Shown here piece by piece: positions 26,575-36,499 of a stretch of 64,000 nucleotides of DNA. How positions within the stretch are numbered: the first letter of the stretch is position 1; each line of letters opens with the position of its first letter. The translations under genes and the position numbers were made by a program. The DNA is taken from assembly GCA_011364905.1 (NCBI GenBank), contig RDNZ01000002.1, positions 102,910 to 166,909 of the forward strand, in the 5' to 3' direction. The DNA comes from Candidatus Thorarchaeota archaeon (GTDB taxonomy: Archaea > Asgardarchaeota > Thorarchaeia > Thorarchaeales > Thorarchaeaceae). The notes under the pieces were generated by a model. The model did not search any database. It was not told the origin of the DNA and saw only the letters and a program-made list of their open reading frames with translations.

Positions 26575-28122
26575 ATGTCAATCATAAGCAGGCTTGTTCC
26601 TTTGCTGGCTAAGAGGAAAGCAAGACTGATTCAAGAAATAATGGATAATCCCATCGAGCTGACTGAAGCTAAGCTGCATTCGATTCTCGAGCGCCACGCA
26701 CAGACAGCTTATGGGAAGGCCAACAACTTTGGAGGAATTCGAACACCAGAGCATTTTGCCGAGGGAGTTCCACTCTCTGATTATGTATCCATGAAACCTT
26801 ATTGGAATCGAATATACGAGAACCCGCAACTTCCAATCATTACAGCTGATCCAGTGATATGGTATGTGCAGAGCAGTGGCTCTACCGGGAAACCAAAGGC
26901 CCTACCCATAAGCAAGGCAGGATTGAAAGACTATACAGCTGGAAGCATGTTGTTCCTGATGTCATTCATCAATGCCAAGGAGGGTAACAACAAAGTCTTC
27001 GATGGAACCATGCTCACCTTCGCGGCACCAGCACGGATAGGTGAGATCAACGGAGTACCCCTTGGATACATGACAGGCATCTCTCGTGAGATGATTGCGA
27101 ACGCTCTGCTCAAGAGAATCGTGAAGCCTGGAGTTGAGATCTTTAACATGACAGAGATGTGTGAGAAGCTCTGGAGCTATGCCAAGTATGCGGTCACAGA
27201 GAACATAACCTCTCTCGGGGGAATTACCACACTTGTGTTTGCATTCATCAGGAGAATGCAGCATGAGTACGGACCTAGTCTCCTAGATGAGTTCCGAGGG
27301 ACCAAGTATGAGGCTCGTATCAGGGAAGCCTTAGGCGATGATGGCACTTTGGACCTGAATGTCCTTTGGCCCAATCTCATCATGGTGGGAGCCACCGGCG
27401 TTGATGCCGACCCGTACAAGCCATGGCTGAAAAGGACGCTTCCAAACGCGACGCTCTGGGACAATTTCGCAGGATCTGAGGGACTATATGGCACAACCCT
27501 GTTGAAACACACTGACAATGGCATTCAGTTATTGCCAAACATCAACTACTTCGAATTCATTCCTGAGTCGCAGATAGATAAGGAAAACCCAACTATCATT
27601 CCGCTATCGGAGGTGAAGAAGAACCATAGGTATGAGCTCATCCTCACCAATATGATGGGGTATACTAGATATAGGATTGGAGACATGGTGACCTTCATCG
27701 ACACCGATCCCTACTCAGTCCATCGCATAGGACGTAAAGGCAAGTCTGTCAACCTTACGGGCGAGAAGCTGTCCGATGCGCATGTCACGGAAGGTGTTGC
27801 TTATGCAACAAAACAAACCGGTGCTGAAATTCTGGACTACACCGTCTATGGCAGTATTGAGTCAGGGCAGGCAAACTACGTGATAGCTGCCATGTTCAAT
27901 AATGAGGTAGATTCGATTGAGTTTGCTCGAGCATTTGACGAATGTGTTGGTAGAAACAATGGAGAATTCAAGTATGTCCAGGAGTTTGGTTCACTAGGAC
28001 CCACTATTGTTAGGAGAATGGAGAAATCATATACAGAGAGTCTGATTGAACACAGTCATATCCAAGCGAAGTCGAGACCCTTAGCAACAGAGGAGGAAGG
28101 AGTTGCTAGCGGAAGTTTCTAG
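26575..28122 (+). CDS. GH3-family acyl-acid amido synthetase (adenylate-forming)
   Basis: VPLSDY, SSGSTGKPK, FAGSEG, YFEFIP, YELILT, YRIGD and GEKL motifs. Confidence 0.9.
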   Translation: MSIISRLVPLLAKRKARLIQEIMDNPIELTEAKLHSILERHAQTAYGKANNFGGIRTPEHFAEGVPLSDYVSMKPYWNRIYENPQLPIITADPVIWYVQSSGSTGKPKALPISKAGLKDYTAGSMLFLMSFINAKEGNNKVFDGTMLTFAAPARIGEINGVPLGYMTGISREMIANALLKRIVKPGVEIFNMTEMCEKLWSYAKYAVTENITSLGGITTLVFAFIRRMQHEYGPSLLDEFRGTKYEARIREALGDDGTLDLNVLWPNLIMVGATGVDADPYKPWLKRTLPNATLWDNFAGSEGLYGTTLLKHTDNGIQLLPNINYFEFIPESQIDKENPTIIPLSEVKKNHRYELILTNMMGYTRYRIGDMVTFIDTDPYSVHRIGRKGKSVNLTGEKLSDAHVTEGVAYATKQTGAEILDYTVYGSIESGQANYVIAAMFNNEVDSIEFARAFDECVGRNNGEFKYVQEFGSLGPTIVRRMEKSYTESLIEHSHIQAKSRPLATEEEGVASGSF

Positions 28123-28133
28123 GAGGTAGCAAA

Positions 28134-28538
28134 ATGGAAACGAGCTCAAAGGACAGACTACGACAAATGGCTGGAGTCCTACTCATCATTTCCGCGATCA
28201 CTCACACCCTTCAGGTCTTTGTTTATGGAGGTGTAAGTGGAAATGTAGCTGCAGCTCTTTATGGCGTGATGTATCTGGTTCTTGGAGCTAGCGTCATCAA
28301 ATATCCGGAGAGGAATCTGTTACTTCTCATGTGTATCATCATACCAGGAATAGGAGGGACCGGAGGAGTCATCAGGTTCCTGTTCATGCATACACATGAG
28401 GCGAACTACTTCATTGTTCTGCATGTGATAATAGACATGGTGGTTGTCCCAACATGTGTATACCTCTACAAAGACCGAGATGCAAGTCAACCAAATTCCA
28501 TGAAGGTGGAAGAAGAATTGGTTGCTACGGTTCAATAA
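28134..28538 (+). CDS. Small 4-TM membrane protein
   Basis: GGAGGT RBS; four hydrophobic segments; directly follows the GH3 gene. Confidence 0.8.
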   Translation: METSSKDRLRQMAGVLLIISAITHTLQVFVYGGVSGNVAAALYGVMYLVLGASVIKYPERNLLLLMCIIIPGIGGTGGVIRFLFMHTHEANYFIVLHVIIDMVVVPTCVYLYKDRDASQPNSMKVEEELVATVQ

Positions 28539-29092
28539 TTGTGCAAACGCAAAACTAGCGGGAGTCTTTATTGCCGTGGACTCCTTGCTAGGTCTGCGCC
28601 TTATATAGAATCCAAAGCGGTTACAATCTTTTTCTGATCCCCCCCAATGGCAACAGCTCGGACAATTCCCCATCACCAAGCTCAAACTACCTACTTGATT
28701 AAGGCACGAATTCTAGGTCGCTCTTTCGTTAGGCTAATTGATTCACTTTCGCACATGAACCACTGGCGAGTCCACAGCAAAAGCGGTGTGTCCAAAAATC
28801 GAGTGAACCTTCCAAAAATCCGCCGCTTTGTTGCTGCCCGACCCTTTCGCAATGCTTATATCAAAAAGTTGGTATGGCATAACCACGCGTCACAAAGATT
28901 CCCTTAGTTGAAACTAGGAATCTGACGAAGCGAAAGACTTTTAAGGCACATTTGAGTATATAAGGTTAGCGGAATCAAATCGGGGATTGAACGTATTCTG
29001 AAAGCACTTCTGCGCCACGAAGCATGAATGACTGTTAGAGTATTGTAGACCCGAGAAGGATTGCGTCCTACGAAATGGAGAGAGGTTGGACA

Positions 29093-30043
29093 ATGTCAAG
29101 GACAGACCGGAAAAATCCCGAACGATCAAAGCCAACGCAGTTCACATGTCCTGAGTGTGGAGGCACTGAAGTTGTCCAAGACTTGGAAAAAGGTGAACGC
29201 ATCTGCGCCACCTGCGGACTTGTTGTCAGCGATCATCGTATTGACACAGGTCCTGAATGGAGAGCTTTCACTAGCGATGAAAAGGATGCACGGTCCCGAG
29301 CTGGAGCACCAACCAACTATTCAATCCATGACAAAGGACTCTCAACGATGATTGACTGGAGAGACCACGACTCTCAAGGAAAACGGTTTACAGCCAAGAA
29401 GCGTTCCGAAATCTACCGTCTTAGGAAGTGGCAGATCCGCACACGAGTCCATAGCTCTGTTGACAGAAATCTTGCTCAGGCAATGTCCGAGCTTGACAGG
29501 TTGTCATCACAGTTGGGGCTCACAAAAAGCATCAAGGAACTGGCAGCTCTCTTGTATAGAAAACTAATCGTGAGAAGGCTTGCCCGAAGCAGGTCCATCG
29601 ACGCGATGGTAGGAGCGGCGATATATGCTGCTTGTAGACTGAGAAAAGCGCCACGTTCCCTAGAAGAGATAGCTCGGCACTCCAGAGTGAGTCGCAAGAA
29701 GATTGGGCAGCACTACAGACTCCTGGTGGAGAAACTGAAGTTGAGAATGCCAATCTCAGACCCGGCAAACTATGTACCGCGATTCATAACACAGCTCAAC
29801 CTGCCGGGAAAAGTCCAACAGAAAGTGCTCGAGATACTCGAGATGGCTAAACAAAATCGAACACTGGTCACCGGGCGAGATCCGCGAGGGCTCGCAGCCG
29901 CCGCCATATACATAGCATCGATCCTGATGGATCATCGAGTGACACAACGCGACATTGCCATGGCTGCTGGTGTTACAGAAGTGACAGTGAGGAACCGATA
30001 CAAAGAGCTGGTACAGAAGCTCAACATTACAATGGCACCATGA
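29093..30043 (+). CDS. tfb: Transcription initiation factor TFB (paralog 1)
   Basis: Zn ribbon CPECG...CATCG, IDTGPEWRAF, two cyclin repeats and GVTEVTVRNRYKEL. Confidence 0.97.
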   Translation: MSRTDRKNPERSKPTQFTCPECGGTEVVQDLEKGERICATCGLVVSDHRIDTGPEWRAFTSDEKDARSRAGAPTNYSIHDKGLSTMIDWRDHDSQGKRFTAKKRSEIYRLRKWQIRTRVHSSVDRNLAQAMSELDRLSSQLGLTKSIKELAALLYRKLIVRRLARSRSIDAMVGAAIYAACRLRKAPRSLEEIARHSRVSRKKIGQHYRLLVEKLKLRMPISDPANYVPRFITQLNLPGKVQQKVLEILEMAKQNRTLVTGRDPRGLAAAAIYIASILMDHRVTQRDIAMAAGVTEVTVRNRYKELVQKLNITMAP

Positions 30044-30135
30044 ATGAAATTTGAGGAAGAAAATGTATCTAAAACGCACGCGAGGGATCTGGGCCCTCAG
30101 ATACCCAGTTACTATTGGAGGGAACAAGTACACAA

Positions 30136-31104
30136 ATGGCAACATCTAAAGTAGATGAAACAAGCAGAGAAGAAACAATTGTAGAAACTCCTGTATTCAC
30201 GTGCCCCGAGTGTGGAGGCACTGAAGTTGTCAGGGATAACGAGAAGGGGGAAGTAATTTGCACTACCTGCGGTCTGGTATTGAGTGACCACCGTATCGAT
30301 ACAGGACCAGAGTGGAGAGCATTCACATCAGATGAGCGCGACGGTCGGGCACGAACTGGAGCTCCGGCTAGCTACGCACTGCATGACAAAGGTCTCTCGA
30401 CTATGATTGACTGGCGAGATCGCGATTCGAAAGGCGCTGCCTTCAGTGCTAAACAGCGAGCACAAATATATCGCCTTAGAAAATGGCAGATCAGGACAAG
30501 AGTTCACTCCTCTCTTGACCGAAATCTGGCACAAGCAATGACAGAGATCGACAGGCTATCATCTCAATTAGGACTCTCTCAAGGACTGCGAGAGCACGCT
30601 GCACGCATGTATAGAAAACTAATAGCTGGTAGGCTTTGGCGAAGTCGGTCTATCGACGCAACAGCTGCCGCAGCTGTATACGCTGCATGTAGACATAGAG
30701 GTTCGCCGAGGTCCATTGAAGAGATAGCTGAACACAGTAGAGAGTCAAAGAAGAAAATCTCCGCGCATTACCGGATGTTGGTGACCAAACTCAAGATACG
30801 GATGCCCATCTCATCACCAGAGAATTATGTACCACGATTCATCTCAGATCTGGGTCTCCCAAGCGAGGTCCAGAAGACAACCATGGAGATTCTCAAAGCA
30901 GCAAGAAAAATCAGGGGTCTTGTTACAGGCCGCGACCCACGAGGCTTGGCAGCGGCAGCGATTTACATCGCTTCAATTATCTCTGATTGCAGGGTCACGC
31001 AACGTGATATCTCACGCGTAAGCGGCGTCACCGAAGTGACCATCAGGAACCGTTACAAGGAGTTGGTGAGCAAGATTGGGCTCACAATGGCTCCTTACGC
31101 ATAA
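30136..31104 (+). CDS. tfb: Transcription initiation factor TFB (paralog 2)
   Basis: Same motifs as paralog 1; tandem duplicate. Confidence 0.97.
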   Translation: MATSKVDETSREETIVETPVFTCPECGGTEVVRDNEKGEVICTTCGLVLSDHRIDTGPEWRAFTSDERDGRARTGAPASYALHDKGLSTMIDWRDRDSKGAAFSAKQRAQIYRLRKWQIRTRVHSSLDRNLAQAMTEIDRLSSQLGLSQGLREHAARMYRKLIAGRLWRSRSIDATAAAAVYAACRHRGSPRSIEEIAEHSRESKKKISAHYRMLVTKLKIRMPISSPENYVPRFISDLGLPSEVQKTTMEILKAARKIRGLVTGRDPRGLAAAAIYIASIISDCRVTQRDISRVSGVTEVTIRNRYKELVSKIGLTMAPYA

Positions 31105-31113
31105 GTTTAACCC

Positions 31114-31147
31114 GGCTGCAGGTAACTGCAGCCACATCCTCTTTTTC
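31114..31147 (+). terminator. Hairpin plus T-tract after tfb2
   Basis: GGCTGCAG-gtaa-CTGCAGCC followed by cctctttttc. Confidence 0.5.
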
Positions 31148-31284
31148 AAAGAGTAGCACTTGTCATAGTGCGAAACAAGAAAACGACAACAGTGGTTGAA
31201 CCTGAGTAAGTTCAACCTAGATTTAGTGGCGGAAGATTAACATAGCTCGGACATGATTAGAAATTGATTTACAGAAAAAGGGGC

Positions 31285-32790
31285 ATGGTCATGAAGGAAG
31301 ATCATGAAGGAGCTATTGAGTGGCTCAACCGAGGATTAGAACTTTTACAAAAAGGGAATGAAACAGCAGCTGAAGCCGCGCTTCGAACGGCCTTGGACAT
31401 TAATCCGAAGTTACACGATGCATGGTACAATTTGGGATGCATCCTTCGCGAAGATGGTCGTTTAGTAGAGGCTGAAGAAGCATTTCGAGAGGCTATCTCT
31501 TTAGAACCAGATAGAGCTGATGCCTGGACAAGATTAGGTCGAGTCCTCCTTGACAAAGGCAATGAGGATGCAGCAATCGATATGACTCGAAGAGCAGTCA
31601 CCATAGACCCGGACTATGTTGCGGGCTGGATGCAGCTATCCAAGATCTACAAAAGCAACAACAAGACAACTCAATCAAAGAAATCGATTCAGCAGGCAAT
31701 TAAGGCACAACCAGACAGGGCAGAAAAATGGGTTGAGATAGGTAGAAGTCTGCTTGAGATGGAACACACGGAAGAGGCCGAGGAATCTTTTAAGAAAGCT
31801 CTTGAAAGAGATCAGAAATCTGCTAAAGCGTGGTCAGACTATGCTGTGTTAATGGCGAAGACCGATAGAGTTGATCAAGCTCTAAAAGCCCTGCAGCAAT
31901 CAATTGACATAGAACCAGAGAGTTCTGAAACACAATATCGACTCGGTTGTGTCCTCGTTCGGCTTGGAAGACTCAAAGAGGCCAGCGATGTCTTCAGGGA
32001 GTCTATAAAGTATAATCCACAGAGTGCCAAAGCATGGTGCAATCTTGGTGCAGTATTAATCAAGCTTGATGACTTTGAACAAGGCGAACATGCAATTCGG
32101 AGAGCAATCGAGCTTCAACCGACCTATGAGCTTGCTTGGAGTAATCTTGGGAAACTGTTAATGACGCGGGGCCCGCTTGAGGAGGCGGAGGTCGCTCTGA
32201 GAAAGAAGACAGAGGTTCTACCCAAGTCATCTCAAACCTGGGATGCTTTAGCTAGTGTGCTAGAGAAGCTGGGAAAAAAGGATGAAGCCATAGAAATCAT
32301 GCAAGAGTCAATCAAGAGGAATCCCGATGACTCGGAGGCCTTGATTCATCTCGGTTCACTTCTTATAGAATCAGGAAAGCATAAGGAGGCTCGTGAAATC
32401 TTCGCTCGAGCTACAAGTATTGATGAGAATTCCTCCAGAGCATGGATAAACCTGGCCAATACTGCTCAGGAACTTGGAGATATTGGTGATGCATATAATG
32501 CTGCAAGAAAAGCTGTGATGCTGAGTCCGAAAAATCCCAACGCGTGGAGCCAACTTGGAGATGTATTGATGGCAATGGAGTCATTGAAGGAGGCAGAAGA
32601 GGCATTCATGACAGCTGTGGCTCAGAAAGAAGATTTCTCGAAAGCCTGGAGTGGACTAGCGGACGTCTATATCCTGATGAAAAAAGATGATCAAGCAGAA
32701 GACGCACTTTTGATGGCAATAAAGCATGACCGAGAGAATGCCAAGGCTAGGGAATCTCTGAAAACAGTTCTTGAACGTCGAGGCAGATAG
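31285..32790 (+). CDS. Tetratricopeptide repeat protein (about 14 TPRs)
   Basis: 34-aa repeats of the form AWxNLG...A...F..A..L.P throughout. Confidence 0.93.
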   Translation: MVMKEDHEGAIEWLNRGLELLQKGNETAAEAALRTALDINPKLHDAWYNLGCILREDGRLVEAEEAFREAISLEPDRADAWTRLGRVLLDKGNEDAAIDMTRRAVTIDPDYVAGWMQLSKIYKSNNKTTQSKKSIQQAIKAQPDRAEKWVEIGRSLLEMEHTEEAEESFKKALERDQKSAKAWSDYAVLMAKTDRVDQALKALQQSIDIEPESSETQYRLGCVLVRLGRLKEASDVFRESIKYNPQSAKAWCNLGAVLIKLDDFEQGEHAIRRAIELQPTYELAWSNLGKLLMTRGPLEEAEVALRKKTEVLPKSSQTWDALASVLEKLGKKDEAIEIMQESIKRNPDDSEALIHLGSLLIESGKHKEAREIFARATSIDENSSRAWINLANTAQELGDIGDAYNAARKAVMLSPKNPNAWSQLGDVLMAMESLKEAEEAFMTAVAQKEDFSKAWSGLADVYILMKKDDQAEDALLMAIKHDRENAKARESLKTVLERRGR

Positions 32791-32862
32791 TTTCAATTAA
32801 CAAAGAATCAGCGAAAGACAGTTTTCTCTGCCTGACGCCCATTCACGGTACGTCCAAAGGTC

Positions 32863-33615
32863 TTAGATCTCGCGTCGTGCCTGTCCTTGTCTGCGTCCTG
32901 CAGCCGCCTGCTTTGCAAGTGCGACAGCTCGGGGTCCATCTTCTGGTCTCAGTTCGATGAACTTGGCATATGCAGCTTCAGACTCTGTTTTCTTCCCCAA
33001 AGCATACAACAAAGAGCCCAAGTTGAACCACGCCACGGAATGATTAGGGTTAATCCGAGTAACCTCCTGCCAAGCCTTAACAGCGTCATTAGGTCTTTGC
33101 AGCACAAGATAGACACTGCTCAAGTTGACCCATGTATATTCATCTCGAGAATCAATCTCAACACTTCTTTCAAGGGCTTTTGCAGCCTCATCTATTCGTT
33201 TCAAGTATAGAAGAAGTGAGCCATACTCACCCCAGATCTTTGAAGAGTTCTTATCAAGTTCGAGCGCTCGTTTGATAACAAGCTCTGCGTCCTTGTGCCA
33301 ACCCATCCGATATAGCGATGGCGCAAGAGCACTCCAGCAGCGAGCACAGCTTGGCTCGATGTTAATAGATTCCAATAGAGTTTCGAGTGCCTTTCCAAAC
33401 TGATTGTTTGCTTCGAATCCCTGAGCTTGATTATAATTATCTCTGACTCCGGTCGGGATTGGTTGTGGAATGGATGTACTCTCTGTATCAGATGATGAAA
33501 CTGGTACCTCCAAAAGCGCTCGAATCTTCTCGACAAATCCGTAACCAGGCATTTCATGTTCCTGAATATTTCGAATTACTTCTTCTCTGCTGTTATCCCT
33601 CATATGGTGACCCAC
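32863..33615 (-). CDS. TPR protein
   Basis: About 5 TPRs (e.g. AWFNLGSLLYALGK); alternative ATG start at 33603. Confidence 0.88.
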   Translation of the reverse strand: MGHHMRDNSREEVIRNIQEHEMPGYGFVEKIRALLEVPVSSSDTESTSIPQPIPTGVRDNYNQAQGFEANNQFGKALETLLESINIEPSCARCWSALAPSLYRMGWHKDAELVIKRALELDKNSSKIWGEYGSLLLYLKRIDEAAKALERSVEIDSRDEYTWVNLSSVYLVLQRPNDAVKAWQEVTRINPNHSVAWFNLGSLLYALGKKTESEAAYAKFIELRPEDGPRAVALAKQAAAGRRQGQARREI

Positions 33616-33753
33616 CTTTCTCCTATGGGAGTAACTCCAAATTTCTTAGAAAACTAGCATCCTAATATGTGTGACGAAACTCAACAAGAGAACTTATGTA
33701 GGGATAGAGTGGCTTGATTACTATCCAGCTAGTATGGGCAGGAGAAGTGGGAT

Positions 33754-33939
33754 ATGGATGTACTTCAGATTATTATTGTGGCCATCATAGTCGTCACAAT
33801 GGGCGGATGGGCCTGTGATTGGGTTTTTTCGGGGATGGTGAATCCAATCTTAGATGAGGAACCTATTGATCCGGAACAGAAGAAGATAGAGGAAGACCTT
33901 GCTCGATTCCGGGAAAGAAAGAAACAGGAGAGGAATTGA
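33754..33939 (+). CDS. Small single-pass membrane protein (61 aa)
   Basis: N-terminal TM with a charged C-tail; RBS-like GGAG upstream. Confidence 0.6.
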   Translation: MDVLQIIIVAIIVVTMGGWACDWVFSGMVNPILDEEPIDPEQKKIEEDLARFRERKKQERN

Positions 33940-34006
33940 TTTCTCTGGCCTTAAATTGCATCGGTCTGCACCTATGCCCATCTATCCTAAATAGGAGACC
34001 ATCTAT

Positions 34007-34936
34007 ATGGTGCAAACAACAGTTCAGGAGCATCCCTCATCTGTGAAAGATGAACACTCCTTTTGGTCCTCACTGAGTCTACTAACCGTTAGTGGAATCA
34101 TGCTGACAATCGGAATAGTATGGCGTGTGGTTGACCAGTTTGTCCTTGGTCTTGGTGATACTTGGATCAACATAATGCCTTCCAAGCTGTTTCCTTTCTT
34201 GATCATTATTGGATTCTTTTGGAGATATCGAAGGCCAGAAATAGAAACTGCCTTGGGTCTCTCGCGGAACCAAATGCGAGTTCAACTAGCGGTTGGACTT
34301 GTTATGGGTCTACTAATCTCTGGACTGATTGATATCGGAAGTACTGTTGTTTATGGTCTTCTTCTTGATCCATCCTACCCTCTCGAGCTTCACATTCTCA
34401 ACCCACAGCTTCTCGGGTATACGCTTCTCTTTTTCTTGACGAATGCATTCCTAGAAGAGACCCTCTTCAGAGGATTGTTACAGAATGGACTCAAGACTCG
34501 ATTCTCAGCTAATGTGGCAATTGTACTTTCTGCAATTGCATTTGGTTTCTGGCATGCGGGATGGCCACTACTAAATGGTGGTCCGAATGTTGCTAGAGAA
34601 GTTTCCATGATGGTCTTTTTCACGACTATCTTAGGTCTCCTTTTTGGTGTCTATTATGAGCGATTCAGTTCTGGTCGATCACTAACAGGGGTGATTGTAG
34701 CTCACACAATCTTCAATTTCGTCAATGAAAACTTCAAGATTGGACCGGAGCCCTCAATGCAGGGACCGGACATGGCGTTCCTTACACCAGGCTTACTCGG
34801 TGTTACTCTTGTCATGTTCTTGTTGGTGTTCTCGACACTATTTCTTGTTTTTACACGATACAAGATAGAACAGGTATCTTCCCTATGGAATCGAATTACG
34901 AAGAGGACTAGGGACTTACAAAATTGTCCTGCTTGA
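34007..34936 (+). CDS. CPBP (CAAX/Abi) intramembrane glutamic endopeptidase
   Basis: EETLFRG, FGFWH and AHTIFN motifs; multi-TM. Confidence 0.92.
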   Translation: MVQTTVQEHPSSVKDEHSFWSSLSLLTVSGIMLTIGIVWRVVDQFVLGLGDTWINIMPSKLFPFLIIIGFFWRYRRPEIETALGLSRNQMRVQLAVGLVMGLLISGLIDIGSTVVYGLLLDPSYPLELHILNPQLLGYTLLFFLTNAFLEETLFRGLLQNGLKTRFSANVAIVLSAIAFGFWHAGWPLLNGGPNVAREVSMMVFFTTILGLLFGVYYERFSSGRSLTGVIVAHTIFNFVNENFKIGPEPSMQGPDMAFLTPGLLGVTLVMFLLVFSTLFLVFTRYKIEQVSSLWNRITKRTRDLQNCPA

Positions 34937-34971
34937 ACCGAATATGCTCAGAATAACAATTGAGTTAAGGA

Positions 34972-35679
34972 ATGATAATGATGCAAACAGGTACAGAGTT
35001 AGTAATCCTCTCTAGTCTAGCGACAATTGCATTATCAGGGACAATAGGGGTATACCTGCTACGTCTTTGGTGGGGTCAACCAACTAGATTGATGACAGAC
35101 CTTCCGTTGGTATTTGCAATAACCACTATGGCGCAAGCAGTGCAAATATCCATTGGACAGGCGCCCAACTATGGGCTGATCGAACAGTCGATGGGACTTT
35201 TCAGATTGCGTGCAATCGTTATCTGTTTCTCCATTGTCCCCATATTCGGTGCGTTACTGCAAATATGGGCGCCAAGAATTCAGAAACATCACAACCGACT
35301 AGTTTTCTTGGTATTGGCCATTTGGGTGGCTACTGTTCTTCTTGGACCAACAGAGGAATTCATTATGATAATGGTCATCCCTTGGATTCTAGTGTTTGGA
35401 ATTTTAATGCTAATCACCTTTGTAATCACGTGGAAAACTAGTAGATTGAATGAAGTACGAAGTGATCTCATGATTGTTTCGATCATTTTCGGAATGGCGA
35501 GTCAAGCGCTTCGAGTGCCACTTTTGGGATCTGGTTTATTCTATGTTCCAGATGTGCTCTTCATGCTGTCCATGCTGTTCATAGCCATCGCCTTCAGTAA
35601 TCCCTGGTATAGGAGAGAGAATAGGGGAATACAAGAACCAAGCTCGCAGACTGAGATTGCAATGGCGTTGGACTATTAG
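34972..35679 (+). CDS. Stand-alone 7-TM membrane protein
   Basis: Seven hydrophobic segments and no soluble output domain. Confidence 0.75.
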   Translation: MIMMQTGTELVILSSLATIALSGTIGVYLLRLWWGQPTRLMTDLPLVFAITTMAQAVQISIGQAPNYGLIEQSMGLFRLRAIVICFSIVPIFGALLQIWAPRIQKHHNRLVFLVLAIWVATVLLGPTEEFIMIMVIPWILVFGILMLITFVITWKTSRLNEVRSDLMIVSIIFGMASQALRVPLLGSGLFYVPDVLFMLSMLFIAIAFSNPWYRRENRGIQEPSSQTEIAMALDY

Positions 35680-35789
35680 AAGAAATGAAATGGCAAAAAC
35701 CTCTAACCTAATTCTTTGAAGAAAGAACGGCGTCATCCCAAAACGGTTTTCAAATCCTTGAGAGAACAAAGTAGAGCGCGGTGCAAGTT

Positions 35790-36113
35790 TCAGTATGTCC
35801 TGATTGATGTGGTAAGAACGATACTCTCGGAGTCCTGCTTTGTACTGGCAAGATCATAGGCTACTATGACAAACTCAATGATTGAAACGATAATGACCAC
35901 TAATGACAGAATCAGCATAACCTGCATATGAGCAGTGAAGGCACCACCATAAAGGATTGGATCTAATGTATTGATAGCAACTGCTAGTGAAATGACGCAC
36001 ATGAAAAGAGCGAAGACTCTGACCCTCAGTGTGTCTTTGCCACTTTGCCAAATCAGAAGAGAGTCCACGACTCCAAGCGATAGTGGAACTAAGACTATCA
36101 TTGCTCTCTTCAC
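35790..36113 (-). CDS. Small 3-TM membrane protein
   Basis: Three hydrophobic segments; start uncertain. Confidence 0.55.
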   Translation of the reverse strand: MKRAMIVLVPLSLGVVDSLLIWQSGKDTLRVRVFALFMCVISLAVAINTLDPILYGGAFTAHMQVMLILSLVVIIVSIIEFVIVAYDLASTKQDSESIVLTTSIRTY

Positions 36114-36297
36114 TGCTGCAATAGACTATCTGAACTCCAGCCACAAGAAAGTATGACAAAGCTCGGAGAGTATTAACAGCCCTTATACCCTTGGCAGTTG
36201 CGCTTCGCTCATTCTCCCCTTCACACACGTTCGTTCATAAAAGCATGGGAGTTTCAGGATATATATCTAGAGTTTTACATGGAACGAGTCGGTTTCA

Positions 36298-36318
36298 TTG
36301 CAGGAATGGAACTAAGGC
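36298..36318 (+). promoter_or_regulatory. Shared 21-bp upstream motif, copy 4 (TTGCAGGAATGGAACTAAGGC)
   Basis: 16/21 identical to copy 2 (the match extends to AAGGCAT); 182 bp upstream of 36500. Confidence 0.5.
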
Positions 36319-36499
36319 ATTGATAAATGTATTAAAAGAGACCTTATTTCAGGAAAATAAATAATAAAAACTTGCAAAATCTCTAGGGATGGTTTTTGAA
36401 TCTTTCTTCATCTCGAAAAAGAGTTATGGACCCTCATACAATCAATGCACAAGTTTCGTATAGGTTTGTGCGTACGATATTCCTACACGGTGTAGTACT

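Noticed and set aside
33956-33978. Fifth copy of the shared motif (TTGCATCGGTCTGCACCTATGCC)
   Set aside because: Needs a 2-nt insertion and several mismatches, and is far closer to the next start codon than the other copies.
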